Below, piece by piece: positions 37,620 through 47,746 of a stretch of DNA of 64,000 nucleotides (position 1 is the first letter of the stretch; every line of letters starts with the position of its first letter). A program made the position numbers and the translations under genes. The notes under the pieces are model-generated. The model was not told the DNA's origin. It made no database searches and saw only the letters and a list, made by a program, of their open reading frames with translations. Origin of the DNA: Patescibacteria group bacterium (GTDB lineage Bacteria; Patescibacteriota; Doudnabacteria; UBA920); the NCBI GenBank assembly GCA_036726225.1, contig DAIMCS010000005.1, positions 3,808 to 67,807 of the forward strand. Reading direction: 5' to 3'.

Positions 37620-38006
37620 TTAATTTGGGTAATTTACGCTCCTGGCTAAGACTTCTTTGACCTTACGAATAATATCGTCCACCGACTGGTCGGACTTAAG
37701 CAAATAGTCAGCTCCGCCGGCTTCAACAATTTTACTAATAGTTTCTACGTCGCCAATGTTGGTTAAAACTATGACCGAGGTTCTTTCCGTCTCGGGGTTG
37801 GATTTAATTTCCCTTAAAACCGAAATTCCGTCTTTTTTCGGCATCATAATGTCGAGCAGCACCAAGTCAGGCTTGGTTTCGACAATTTTGGCAACCGCTT
37901 CTTCGCCGTCGTAGGCAGGGATAGGTTCGTAACCTTCGACTTTTAAAGCGTCACACAGGGAATTGGATATTAACTTGTCATCTTCGGCTACTACAATTTT
38001 AGGCAT
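37620..38006 (-). CDS. Stand-alone response regulator receiver domain (CheY-like)
   Basis: DD...D57-like LLDIMMP...K pattern. No output domain. Confidence 0.8.
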   Translation of the reverse strand: MPKIVVAEDDKLISNSLCDALKVEGYEPIPAYDGEEAVAKIVETKPDLVLLDIMMPKKDGISVLREIKSNPETERTSVIVLTNIGDVETISKIVEAGGADYLLKSDQSVDDIIRKVKEVLARSVNYPN

Positions 38007-38070
38007 ATGTATAATTTTATTACTCTTTTTTACTCCTATATATTAGCACACTTGTTAAAAAACCAAAAAC

Positions 38071-39744
38071 TCACTTGTTTAAAGGCAAACTGAAATAAAA
38101 AGTTGAACCCAAATTTTCCCCGGCGCTTTCCGCCCAAATTCTGCCTCCGTGCGCCTCCACAATTCCGCGGGTAACCACCAACCCCAAGCCCGTGCCTTTG
38201 CGGCTGCGGTCCCCGCTTTGCAGTTGTTTAAATTTGGAAAATAGCTGGTTTAAATCTTCCCTGGCCACGCCAATGCCCGTGTCTTTTATTGCAACTATAG
38301 CCTGTCCCTTGTCTTTGTCCTCGCTGACATTTAAATCTATTTGTCCGGCGTCCGTATATTTTATGGAATTACTTAACAGGTTGCCCAAAACCTGGGAAAT
38401 TCTTACCTTGTCAAATTTAACCGGCATTTTTTCCGGCGCTGAAACATTTATGACCAAATGTTTGGTCTCGGCCTGCGGAGTAAAAGTTTTTGCCTGCTCT
38501 TTAACAATTTCTACAAGATCGTAAGCCTGCACATTCAGCTCGAATTTCCCGGCCTCTATTTTTGCCACGTCGAGCAAGTCGTTGACCAGCTCCAGCATAT
38601 TGTTAGATGCCGTCTCTATTGTGACCATAGTGTCCTTAACTTTGGCCGGATCGGTTCCTGTAGACGCGCTTAAATTTTTAAGCAGGCTTTCGGAAGACCA
38701 GCGCACTGCGGTAAGCGGGGCGCGCAGCTCGTGGACCATCATAGCGGTAAACTCTTGCCTTAATTTTTCCAAAGATTTTTCAGTGGTAACGTCGTGAAAG
38801 AGCACGCTGGCCGCAATGGTTTTGCCCTGGCTGTCTTTAACCGGTGAAATAGTCATTTCCAACGCTTTATCTTTTAGCAAAACTTCGGGCAGCGTAATGG
38901 TTTTATTTTGAGCCACGGCCTGTTCAATTTTAGTCCTAAGGTCCACTTTGCCTGCGAGCCCGTCTATTATGTCAAACATCGTCAGCGGCTTTTCGGTTTC
39001 CCTGTGTATGCCTAAAATATCCTGGACTATGGGGTTGTAAACACCAAGCTGGTTATTTAAATCAACGGTTATGACTCCGTCGCTTAAAGAGTAAAGTATG
39101 GCGGAAAGTTTGCCCCTCTCGCTTTCCAAAACCGCTTCTAATTTGGTAACCGCCGTTGAAGCCTGGTTTATGACAGTATATAAAATAGATGCCTCGCCGG
39201 CGCCATACTTGCCGGGAATGACTGAAGCAACATTAATTAAACAAACTAATTTTTGTGAAATTATTACCGGCAGGTTAAAATAAGATTTCACCTGCACTCT
39301 TAAACTGTCGTCCAAAATATTACCGGTTAAACTTTCATCTAACTCTTTTGTGTCTAAGGGTTTGTCTAAAATCGCCCCGTAAGAAACAAACATTTTTTCT
39401 TTAACCTCTTCTATAAAATCCTGGCTAACCGCGTTTTCCACATGGCATTTAAAAACCTTTTTGCCGTCTTTGTCAATGGTTAAAGAAGAAACCGTGTCAT
39501 AGTCTAAAAGGTTAGCTAAGCTGCTGGTAATAATGTCCACAATCTTGGAAGTGTCTAAAGAATAGCCAATACGCTCACTAATTTCCTTTAAAACCTGGGA
39601 TTGGTAGACTTTTTGCTGCAATTCCAAAGACTGCCCGGCTTTCTCGCGCAAATATCTTCGCTCTTTCATGGAAGAGAAAATATAAGCGCTGACAACAACC
39701 GCCAACATTACAAAGTCAACTATCAGTAAAATATTTATGATCAT
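38071..39744 (-). CDS. Sensor histidine kinase (TM + PAS-like + HisKA + HATPase_c)
   Basis: HELRAPL H-box. N, G1 (DTGIGV) and G2 (GTGLGL) boxes. Confidence 0.8.
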   Translation of the reverse strand: MIINILLIVDFVMLAVVVSAYIFSSMKERRYLREKAGQSLELQQKVYQSQVLKEISERIGYSLDTSKIVDIITSSLANLLDYDTVSSLTIDKDGKKVFKCHVENAVSQDFIEEVKEKMFVSYGAILDKPLDTKELDESLTGNILDDSLRVQVKSYFNLPVIISQKLVCLINVASVIPGKYGAGEASILYTVINQASTAVTKLEAVLESERGKLSAILYSLSDGVITVDLNNQLGVYNPIVQDILGIHRETEKPLTMFDIIDGLAGKVDLRTKIEQAVAQNKTITLPEVLLKDKALEMTISPVKDSQGKTIAASVLFHDVTTEKSLEKLRQEFTAMMVHELRAPLTAVRWSSESLLKNLSASTGTDPAKVKDTMVTIETASNNMLELVNDLLDVAKIEAGKFELNVQAYDLVEIVKEQAKTFTPQAETKHLVINVSAPEKMPVKFDKVRISQVLGNLLSNSIKYTDAGQIDLNVSEDKDKGQAIVAIKDTGIGVAREDLNQLFSKFKQLQSGDRSRKGTGLGLVVTRGIVEAHGGRIWAESAGENLGSTFYFSLPLNK

Positions 39745-39756
39745 TTTTTCAAAACC

Positions 39757-40071
39757 TTACAGACCCTTTATTTGGGGATATTTTGCCTCAAGTCCCTCCA
39801 AAATTTTAAGTGTTACCGCCTGGGAAAGCCCGCTGAATTCATGTGTCAAAGCTTTTAGCACCATTGCAAAATCACCTGAAATTCCAAAAGCCCTGCCATC
39901 TTCGGCCAACTTTAAACCCACAACCTTGCGAGCCGTGTCCAAAGCAATGTTTGGACCCAAAACCAGCATTTGCTTTTGGATGAATTCAGTAAGTATTTTT
40001 TCGTTTTCCTCCGAACCGGCCATATTTTGTTTCAAAAGCCCTTCCTTATTTTTCTCTCCCAAAAGCACCAT
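39757..40071 (-). CDS. Hypothetical protein
   Basis: ORF. The SD is provided by the adjacent family-2 repeat. Confidence 0.4.
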   Translation of the reverse strand: MVLLGEKNKEGLLKQNMAGSEENEKILTEFIQKQMLVLGPNIALDTARKVVGLKLAEDGRAFGISGDFAMVLKALTHEFSGLSQAVTLKILEGLEAKYPQIKGL

Positions 40072-40080
40072 TCTTTATTT

Positions 40081-40166
40081 CCTTCTCCCTTTGGGAGAAG
40101 GTGGTCCGCCTCTGGCGGACCGGATGAGGGTTGGGAGAGATGTCGCCGTAGGCGACAGAGAGGGCT
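40081..40166. repeat. GC-rich palindromic repeat family 2 (CCTTCTCCCTTTGGGAGAAGG + GGTCCG...CGGACC), copy f
   Basis: Matches 47534-47590 with a changed loop. Contains three stem-loops. Confidence 0.7.
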
Positions 40167-40260
40167 TTTTAATAGTTTTTTCAATTTTATTATAGCATAA
40201 ATTGACTAAAAACAAAAAAGCCCCTTAAAGGACTTTTTTTATTTGAACCGGCTTTTTATA

Positions 40261-40449
40261 TTAGTTAGGTCGATTGCGTTCTAAAAGGTCGAAACCGGCT
40301 GCTGTCTTAGCATCATCATCTTCTTTTGCCTGAACGTCATTGGAAACTGCAGCTGCCTTATCAATATTATCAGAATGCATTTTAGCGTAATCCGGAGTTC
40401 CGCTTGGGTCTACCAAACCATCTTCAATTTTTATTCCTCTTGATCCCAT
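40261..40449 (-). CDS. Small acidic hypothetical protein
   Basis: ORF only. Confidence 0.2.
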   Translation of the reverse strand: MGSRGIKIEDGLVDPSGTPDYAKMHSDNIDKAAAVSNDVQAKEDDDAKTAAGFDLLERNRPN

Positions 40450-40500
40450 AATATTATAAAATTAATAATACAATTATATTATAACATATTTTTAATTTGG

Positions 40501-41787
40501 CTATTTCTCTTTTATCCTCCCAAACCCCACCGACTCCTGGAAAGCGTCTTTGGCTGCTAAAATTGGCACGCGGCAAATGGTAAAATCGCCGTATTTGGCG
40601 TTAATGCTGTCTAAAGCCGTAACCAATCCTTTCAGCCGTTTTTCATGGCCAAACAAACTTAACTGGTTTACGTAAGGCTTGAGTCCTGCCACGGTTACGC
40701 CAATTAATTTAAATTCGCCGGGCTGCATGGAAAAATTTTCAAAAATTTTCATACACTGCAAAAAAATTTCCCGGCCGTCGTAAACGTAAAAACCCAATTT
40801 TAAACTTTTGCCAAAACCATTATAGTCTTTGTCATGTAAGTAAAAATGAATAACGTTACCCATAAGCTCTTGTTTGCGCAGGCGCTTTGCCACCATTTCG
40901 CAAAGTTTATACAGCACGGGCACAAAAACTTTTTTCTCCCTAAACTGGGTGGGCAAAGTATACATATGGCCAATGGATTTTATTTGCTCGTCCAGTTCCA
41001 CTTTGGGTTTGAAGCTGCCCTCCAGCTGCCCCATTTTGTGCAAATGGTAGCCTTGGATGGCGCCAAAAGCATTTATAAGCCAGCTAAGCGGATAATTTTT
41101 TAAATCCGGCAAAGTCTTAATGCCGAGCCTGTTTAAGTTTTTTTCCTGCCTGTGGCCTATGCCGGGAATGTCTGTAAGTTTAAGCTGATTATAAAGATCG
41201 GCCTTAGATAAAATCCGGCACCCTTCACTTACAACCCGTAACCCGTCACTAATAACCACCAACCCGTCCGGTTTTTGCATATCCGAGGCAATTTTGGCAA
41301 GCAATTTATTTTCCGCAATGCCAATTGAGCAGGTAAGCCAGTCCCCAACTTCTTTTTTCATTCTGCGTTTAATTTCTTTGGCAATACTCACCGCTTCCTC
41401 AAATGGGTTACTGTCCACTGTCCACTGATCACTGATCACTTTTTTTATATTACACGCCTTGCTCATGTCTGCAAACAACTCGTCTATGCTGTATTGCTCC
41501 ACAAACGCCGTGTAATCGCTTACGACTTTAATTACGCGATTTATATACATACGATAACGGCCCGGGCTGGTTTTGGTTAAAATAATTTTTGGATAAAGCC
41601 TGCGCGCTTCCCATACCGGCGTGCCGGTTTTTATGCCCCAGCGTTTAGCTTCTACACTGGCAGCGATAATGATTCCGCCTAAATGTTCGCACACGCCCAA
41701 AGGCTTTCCGCGCCAGGCAGGGTTGTCCTGCTGCTCAACCGTGGCAAAATAGCTGTTCATATCGAGATGGAAGATGACGGAAGGCAT
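40501..41787 (-). CDS. dinB: DNA polymerase IV (Y-family, DinB-like)
   Basis: HLDMNSYFATVEQ N-terminus. IMS/UmuC domain layout. Confidence 0.8.
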   Translation of the reverse strand: MPSVIFHLDMNSYFATVEQQDNPAWRGKPLGVCEHLGGIIIAASVEAKRWGIKTGTPVWEARRLYPKIILTKTSPGRYRMYINRVIKVVSDYTAFVEQYSIDELFADMSKACNIKKVISDQWTVDSNPFEEAVSIAKEIKRRMKKEVGDWLTCSIGIAENKLLAKIASDMQKPDGLVVISDGLRVVSEGCRILSKADLYNQLKLTDIPGIGHRQEKNLNRLGIKTLPDLKNYPLSWLINAFGAIQGYHLHKMGQLEGSFKPKVELDEQIKSIGHMYTLPTQFREKKVFVPVLYKLCEMVAKRLRKQELMGNVIHFYLHDKDYNGFGKSLKLGFYVYDGREIFLQCMKIFENFSMQPGEFKLIGVTVAGLKPYVNQLSLFGHEKRLKGLVTALDSINAKYGDFTICRVPILAAKDAFQESVGFGRIKEK

Positions 41788-41883
41788 AATAATAAACTTA
41801 TTAATTGATAACTAATAACTTCTTATTGGTTATCAATTATAAATTATCAGTTACTTAATGGTATACTATCGTTCACCTTATTG

Positions 41884-41922
41884 TCAAACAAAAAATCCGG
41901 CCTTTTTTAGGCCGGATAATTT
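41884..41922 (-). terminator. Intrinsic terminator
   Basis: aaaaaatccggcc-tttttt-aggccggat. Confidence 0.5.
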
Positions 41923-41928
41923 TGATAT

Positions 41929-42327
41929 TTAATGTTTCTTATGCCCGTGCGCCTGAGCGTGAAATTCATGGCGCACCTGGATATGCCGCTTTTTGTGGAC
42001 CAGGAAAATAACCACGTTCATAACTCCCAAACTCGCCCAATAGCTAACGTCGGAAAAAATATCCAGACCCGTAATTAGGCTTGTAATAAGCAAGTCGGAA
42101 AAAGCGTCGCCCACACTCCAGACAATCATAACAAAAACTGCTTCCATATAATTTATTACGCCCAAACGCCTGACCATTGCAGCGGCGACTATGGCCGTTG
42201 CCGTCCAAAAAGCAATGGCTTCCACTCCCCCATTTGTAAAAATATCGTAATTAAAATAACAAATTTTTAGCGCGGTAAAAAAGACCCACTGTAAAAAAGC
42301 TATGAGTAAAAAATTCTTGGTGTTCAT
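41929..42327 (-). CDS. Multi-TM membrane protein (possibly MreD-like), hypothetical
   Basis: Four hydrophobic segments. Downstream of mreB. Confidence 0.35.
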   Translation of the reverse strand: MNTKNFLLIAFLQWVFFTALKICYFNYDIFTNGGVEAIAFWTATAIVAAAMVRRLGVINYMEAVFVMIVWSVGDAFSDLLITSLITGLDIFSDVSYWASLGVMNVVIFLVHKKRHIQVRHEFHAQAHGHKKH

Positions 42328-42330
42328 ATA

Positions 42331-42894
42331 CTAAACCCCGACAACCGTTTTCTTTTTGGGCGCTTTTTTGCGCACCACTTTTTTCCCGCCCAAAGACAGC
42401 CCGCCCCTGGCGGACTTTTTTTGCGGCTCAAGGGCCGGGGGCTCTATAATAGTCGGACTTATAATAGTTTCTTCTATTATGACAGGCCGGCTTTGCTGGG
42501 GTTCTTCTGAAATTGCGTCGGCAATTTCTCCAACCTGCTCAGCGTCCTGGGCCAGCCTTTCTTTGGCAATGGCCAGCATTTCTTTTAACTTCTCGTTATT
42601 GTCGGAAAAAACTTTTGTGGACAAATGGTTAAAAAATCCGCCGTGTGTTTTTTCTTCGTACACTCTGTTAAACCAGGAAACCCCCAGCCAAATTCCGTAC
42701 CAAACGCCCATCATTAAAACAAGAATTAAAGTAAAATACTCTACTGCTAAAAATTCTCTGTAGTTTAGGTTGATGTTAATAGTTCCAATAGCAACAAGGT
42801 ATAGGAATATAAACACTATAACCCGGTGGAGAATTAAAAACAGCAACGCACCCAAAAGGGCACTTAAAAAAATATATAAAGATTTGTGAGCCAT
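42331..42894 (-). CDS. Membrane protein with a C-terminal basic tail, hypothetical
   Basis: Multiple TM segments. Lys/Arg-rich C-terminus. Confidence 0.35.
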   Translation of the reverse strand: MAHKSLYIFLSALLGALLFLILHRVIVFIFLYLVAIGTININLNYREFLAVEYFTLILVLMMGVWYGIWLGVSWFNRVYEEKTHGGFFNHLSTKVFSDNNEKLKEMLAIAKERLAQDAEQVGEIADAISEEPQQSRPVIIEETIISPTIIEPPALEPQKKSARGGLSLGGKKVVRKKAPKKKTVVGV

Positions 42895-42974
42895 TTTTGT
42901 TTCTTAAAGACTTTTTATTGTTTTATTTATTATAACAAAACCAAAACTTCGATGCAAATTTTTAAACCAAAAAG

Positions 42975-43991
42975 CTATTTTGCGCTTAAAATGCTTCGTT
43001 TGTAGCTGTCTAAATTGTCCAATGCCACGCCCGTACCTTTGGCTACGCACAAAAGCGGCTCTTCAGCCACAAAACACGGCACGCCCACGGCCCCGGCAAT
43101 GTAATGGTCCAAATTTCGCAAAAGCGCCGTGCCCCCTGTCATAACCATACCTTTGTCTATAATGTCAGAAGCCAGCTCAGGCGGAGTTTCCTGGAGCACA
43201 ATTTTAACCGCTCTGGCAATTTCCGACAATTCGTCGGAAATTGCCTGCACTACGTCGTTGGTGGAAACAGTCACAGTCTTAGGCAGTCCCGTTAAATTGT
43301 CGCGGCCTTTTATTTCCATAAGCTCCTCTTCGTTAAGCCCCAAAGCGCTGCCAATTGTAATTTTTATTTCTTCTGCTGTCCTGTCCCCAATAGCAAGGCC
43401 GTATCGTTTTCTTACAAATTCTATTATGGACTGGTCCAAACGGTTGCCGGCAACGCGAACTGAAGTAGAGTTAACAATGCCGCCCAGGGAAAGCACGGCT
43501 ACATCTGTAGTGCCGCCGCCTATATCTATAACCAAATTACCGCGCGACTCCGCAATAGAAATGCCCGCGCCAATTGCCGCGGCAACAGTTTCTTTAATTA
43601 CAAAAGCGGCTTTAGCGCCGGCAGCAACGGCCGCATCTATTACCGCACGCCTTTCAGTAGAAGTAATTCCGCCGGGCACGCTTATCATAACTTCCGGCCT
43701 GAAAAACCGAATGTTGCCCAAAGCTTTATTTATAAAATACCTAAGCATAGCTTCCGTAACTCTGTAGTCCGCAATTACCCCGTCTTTCATAGGGCGGCTG
43801 GCCACTATAGTTTCCGGAGTTCTGCCCAACATTTCTTTTGCTTCCTGGCCTACGGCTAAAACCCGGTTGTCCTCTACCGAAATGGCAACCACTGTGGGTT
43901 CGTTTATTATAATGCCTCTCTTAGGAACGTAAACTAGTGTGTTGGCTGTGCCTAAATCTATGCCTATTTTTGTCTCAAACATACATCGCAA
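42975..43991 (-). CDS. mreB: Rod-shape-determining actin homolog MreB
   Basis: IGIDLGTANTLVY phosphate-1 motif. MreB length. Confidence 0.85.
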   Translation of the reverse strand: MRCMFETKIGIDLGTANTLVYVPKRGIIINEPTVVAISVEDNRVLAVGQEAKEMLGRTPETIVASRPMKDGVIADYRVTEAMLRYFINKALGNIRFFRPEVMISVPGGITSTERRAVIDAAVAAGAKAAFVIKETVAAAIGAGISIAESRGNLVIDIGGGTTDVAVLSLGGIVNSTSVRVAGNRLDQSIIEFVRKRYGLAIGDRTAEEIKITIGSALGLNEEELMEIKGRDNLTGLPKTVTVSTNDVVQAISDELSEIARAVKIVLQETPPELASDIIDKGMVMTGGTALLRNLDHYIAGAVGVPCFVAEEPLLCVAKGTGVALDNLDSYKRSILSAK

Positions 43992-44139
43992 ATCTTGCGG
44001 ATTTTAATAAATCGGGGATATCTCGCGGATCTGCGTAATTCCCGCGCTGACATCCGCGTGTTTTCCGCGGTTGGATAACCATTATAACAAACTGCTGCTA
44101 GTTGTAAAAGACCGCCACTTGAGATAAGATTATTCTAAT

Positions 44140-45435
44140 ATGACCAAAAAGTCTCGTTACCTGTTGCTTTTAGCAGGCTTTATAGCCTTCCTCATTGCGG
44201 CTCCGCTAATGGTGCTTTATGTTCAGGGCATTAGCGTAGATTTTACCAACCGAAGCTTTATTCAAACCGGAATCCTCACAGCCAAAACTGAACCTAAAGA
44301 TGCGGAAATTTATTTAAACGGCGAGCTGGCGCGTAAAAGTAACGGCAGCATTAGGTTCTTAATGCCTTCCGAATACAAGGTGGAAATTAAAAAAGAAGGC
44401 TACCTTACCTGGGCAAAACGCTTAAAAATTCAAAGCGCCGAGGTGACGGCCGCCAACCCGCCTTTTAACAATATTTATCTTTTTTACCAGGACCCGAAAG
44501 TTAAAACAATAGAAAGCCGGGTTGTAGATTTTTACCATGGCCAAAATGCTTTGGGGTTTTTAACCCAAAACGATTTTGTGGTAATACCTGCCGACGGGGA
44601 CACGGTGAGAACCGACAACCGCCATGTGCTGCCTAAAATGGTGAATAAAATTTTGGCTGTGGATGCCGATGAAAATAATTTCCTGCTTGGCGACGGCGTC
44701 CGGACTATGCTGGTTTTCAATGCCGATTCCGAAGAATTTTACGACATTAGCAGCATAGTCAACAACGAGGCTAAAATGCAGCTTGCCTCAAGCGGCAAGC
44801 TCTATGCCCAATTCAAAGACGTTTTATACGAAATTAACCCGCAAAGCAAAACCATAAAACCCATACTTTCTTCGGTCAAAGCTTTTTTTCTGCTGGAAAA
44901 CGACCTTTACTATATTAAAGAAGACGCCCAGAGCGGTTTGACGCTCTTTGTCACGCCCTCTCCCTTTAGCCAAAACCAAACGCTTATAAATGACATCCCG
45001 CAATTTTCACAAGGCCAACTGTTTGTGACCTTTGAAAAACAAATTTTCCTGCTTGGCGACGGCAGCCTGTACCGCATAAGTATGGATTCAAAAAAAATTC
45101 AAAGCAACGTGAGTGATTTTAGTTTTGATGCAGCCAATTCCACCTTGGCGGTTTTGTCTGCGGGCGAATTTGATTACATAAGCGGTATGGACAAAAATTT
45201 AAACGTGGTCACCAGGAGCGCTGAAACAATTAAAAATTTAAGCATAAGCCACCACGCCTATTATGGATTCTATTTAAAAAACGGCTCTGTCACGGCGGTG
45301 GAGTTGGACACTAGAGATACCCAAAACACTTACACTTTATATTCCGGCCAAGCCGAAAAATTTAGTGTGGACGACGAAGCAAAAAATATTTGGGTTTTAG
45401 ACGGAGGCGAACTCAAACTAATAGCAATTAGGTAA
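44140..45435 (+). CDS. PEGA-domain membrane-anchored protein
   Basis: N-terminal TM, then AEIYLNGE...GSI...YKVEIKKEGY PEGA motif. Confidence 0.55.
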   Translation: MTKKSRYLLLLAGFIAFLIAAPLMVLYVQGISVDFTNRSFIQTGILTAKTEPKDAEIYLNGELARKSNGSIRFLMPSEYKVEIKKEGYLTWAKRLKIQSAEVTAANPPFNNIYLFYQDPKVKTIESRVVDFYHGQNALGFLTQNDFVVIPADGDTVRTDNRHVLPKMVNKILAVDADENNFLLGDGVRTMLVFNADSEEFYDISSIVNNEAKMQLASSGKLYAQFKDVLYEINPQSKTIKPILSSVKAFFLLENDLYYIKEDAQSGLTLFVTPSPFSQNQTLINDIPQFSQGQLFVTFEKQIFLLGDGSLYRISMDSKKIQSNVSDFSFDAANSTLAVLSAGEFDYISGMDKNLNVVTRSAETIKNLSISHHAYYGFYLKNGSVTAVELDTRDTQNTYTLYSGQAEKFSVDDEAKNIWVLDGGELKLIAIR

Positions 45436-45838
45436 TTCCCAAAGCTTCGTCTATTGCCCGGTTAACCAGTTTGTCCGCCTGTTTATTTAACTCTCTTACA
45501 ACGTGGGTAAACCCCACGTTTTTAAATTTGTTTGTAAGTTTAAAAACTTCCTGGGCCAAAAGTTTTAAAGTCGGCTCTTTAATTTTATACTGGCCAAGCA
45601 TTTGCCTAACTATTAACTCGGAATCCATATTTATTTGCAAATTCTCCCCTCCTAACTCCAAAGCTTTTTTTAGCGCTAAAATTAACGCGCGATATTCAGC
45701 AACGTTGTTGGTAGTTTCGCCAATATACTCTTTTAGTTCAGCCAGGTTCTTGCCGGATGCATCTTTAATAACCGCTCCGATGCCGGCCGGACCGGGGTTG
45801 CCTCTTGCACCCCCATCTGTAAAAATAGTTAGGTTCAT
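45428..45838 (-). CDS. rnhA: Ribonuclease HI
   Basis: TDGGARGNPGPAG and the DEDD catalytic pattern. Confidence 0.8.
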   Translation of the reverse strand: MNLTIFTDGGARGNPGPAGIGAVIKDASGKNLAELKEYIGETTNNVAEYRALILALKKALELGGENLQINMDSELIVRQMLGQYKIKEPTLKLLAQEVFKLTNKFKNVGFTHVVRELNKQADKLVNRAIDEALGIT

Positions 45839-45898
45839 ATTTTATAATTTATTATACTACCATTCTAATATCTAAACCAAAACTTCGCTGCTAAAATC

Positions 45899-47662
45899 TT
45901 AGGATGCCTTTACATCAACTATTCTTAGCTTAAGGTTTTTGCTTCCGTTCCATCCGTCTTCTATTAATTCGCAGGCTATGTCCACGTTAGTAATTTGTAA
46001 TGGTTTAAAGTTAAATGCTATGGCAGAAAAGGTGGAATTATTTAACCCTAAATTTAGCTGCAGGTGCTGACTTTGCGTCCCCACTTGCCGCTGCGACAAA
46101 ACCTTGGCTGCCTTAACCAAAAATTTGGGCTTAGGGTTACCAACTCCAAAAGGTTCTAAATTTTTAATTTGTTCCAAATTTTCCACATTTATGTCAAAAG
46201 CCTGAAGCTCGGCCTCCAGCTCTAAAACTTTATCTGCGTTAGTTTCATTAATGTGCAAATCTGCATGCTCTAAAATTTTTTGGTAAAACAAATCGAACTT
46301 GGAAATTTCTACCGTCAAACCGGCAGCTTGTTTGTGTCCGCCAAACTTCACTATGTGTTCAGAACTGAATTTTAAGGCCTCAATTAAGTTAAATTCCCCG
46401 GCGGTCCTGGCCGAACCTGTGCACAAATTTTCCGTCTGCTCCAGCACAATTACGGGCTTAAAATACTCCTCCGCAAGCCTGCCGGCCACAAGCCCCATTA
46501 CACCCTTAGGCCAGCCCTGCCCGACCATAACCAGGACTTTCCTGTCCATTAGCATTATGGCTTTTTCCTTAGCCTCGCTTAAAACGGTCTGGGTGAGCTG
46601 CTGGCGGCGTTGGTTTATTTGTTCCAGCCTGGCTGCTTTTTCTTTTGCCAAAAAAGGATTTTGCTCCAGCAGCAAATCTAAAGCAATCCCCGCGTGCTCA
46701 AGCCGGCCGGCGGCATTCAAGCGGGGCGCAATTACAAAACCCAACGTATAAGTGTCAGGCAGCTTTTGGCTAAAATCCAACCCACCGGCCTGGGCCAAAG
46801 CTTTCAGGCCAATCCACTTTGTCTTAGCCAAAACTTTAAGCCCGTATTTTACAAGGATACGGTTTTCTCCAAGCAAACTATGGCAGTCAGCCACAGTGCC
46901 TATTGCCACAAGATCCAGCAGCCACTTCTCGTATCCTTCGGCATATTTTGGAACCTGGAGTTTGGTTCTTGGATCTTTCAAAATAGCACACGCAAGCTTA
47001 AAAGCCACACCCACCCCTGTAATTTCCCTGTACGGATAACTATCGTTACCATTTTTGGGATTAATTAACGCATAAGCGTCCGGCTCCTGCCCAATTATTT
47101 CGTGGTGATCGGTTATTATAAAATCTATGCCGCGGGCTTTGCACCAATCCGCCGCATCTATAGAGTTAGTTCCGCAATCCACGGTAATAATTATTTTTGC
47201 CCCATTTTGGGCAATTTTTTCCAAAGCTTCAATGTTTACCCCGTAGCCTTCGGAAAAACGGTCCGGGATGTAGCTGTCGGCTTCCACGTCTAAAAAATTA
47301 AAAGTTTGCCTAAGTACCGCATTGGCCGTGACCGCGTCTGCGTCGTAGTCGCCGTAAATGCAAATTTTTTCGCGGTGGTTAATTGCCTGCCAAATCCTGT
47401 CCACGGCCTGTTGCATATCCTTAAAAAGAAAAGGGCTGTGTAACTTTTCATAAGTCGGGTTTAAAAAATCGGCTACTTGATCTTTATTGCTTAGTCCGCG
47501 GTTATAAAGCAGCTGCGATAGCAGCTCCAAATTTCCTTCTCCCTTTGGGAGAAGGTGGTCCGTCGACTGACGGACCGGATGAGGGGTCTGTAACAAAAAA
47601 TTTACGATCTCTATCCCTTTTTCCTGAGGAATTTGCGATTTTAGTTTCCAAAGTTTTGGCAT
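45899..47662 (-). CDS. recJ: Single-stranded-DNA-specific exonuclease RecJ; N-terminus contains an in-frame family-2 repeat
   Basis: DHH motifs DCGTNS and TDHHE plus a DHHA1 domain. The repeat at 47534-47590 encodes ...HLLPKGEGNLELL. Confidence 0.8.
   Translation of the reverse strand: MPKLWKLKSQIPQEKGIEIVNFLLQTPHPVRQSTDHLLPKGEGNLELLSQLLYNRGLSNKDQVADFLNPTYEKLHSPFLFKDMQQAVDRIWQAINHREKICIYGDYDADAVTANAVLRQTFNFLDVEADSYIPDRFSEGYGVNIEALEKIAQNGAKIIITVDCGTNSIDAADWCKARGIDFIITDHHEIIGQEPDAYALINPKNGNDSYPYREITGVGVAFKLACAILKDPRTKLQVPKYAEGYEKWLLDLVAIGTVADCHSLLGENRILVKYGLKVLAKTKWIGLKALAQAGGLDFSQKLPDTYTLGFVIAPRLNAAGRLEHAGIALDLLLEQNPFLAKEKAARLEQINQRRQQLTQTVLSEAKEKAIMLMDRKVLVMVGQGWPKGVMGLVAGRLAEEYFKPVIVLEQTENLCTGSARTAGEFNLIEALKFSSEHIVKFGGHKQAAGLTVEISKFDLFYQKILEHADLHINETNADKVLELEAELQAFDINVENLEQIKNLEPFGVGNPKPKFLVKAAKVLSQRQVGTQSQHLQLNLGLNNSTFSAIAFNFKPLQITNVDIACELIEDGWNGSKNLKLRIVDVKAS
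47534..47590. repeat. GC-rich palindromic repeat family 2, copy g (inside the recJ 5' coding region)
   Basis: ccttctccctttgggagaaggtggtccgtcgactgacggaccggatgagggg. Confidence 0.7.
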
Positions 47663-47683
47663 AAATCCATTCTATCACGAATT

Positions 47684-47714
47684 GGTAAAAATAAAACAGG
47701 CTTTTGGGGCCTGA
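47684..47714 (-). terminator. Intrinsic terminator at the end of the glycolytic gene block
   Basis: caggcttttggggcctg preceded by an A-run on the plus strand. Confidence 0.5.
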
Positions 47715-47746
47715 ATTTTACATCTTAAATCCCTATGTTTAGCAGG

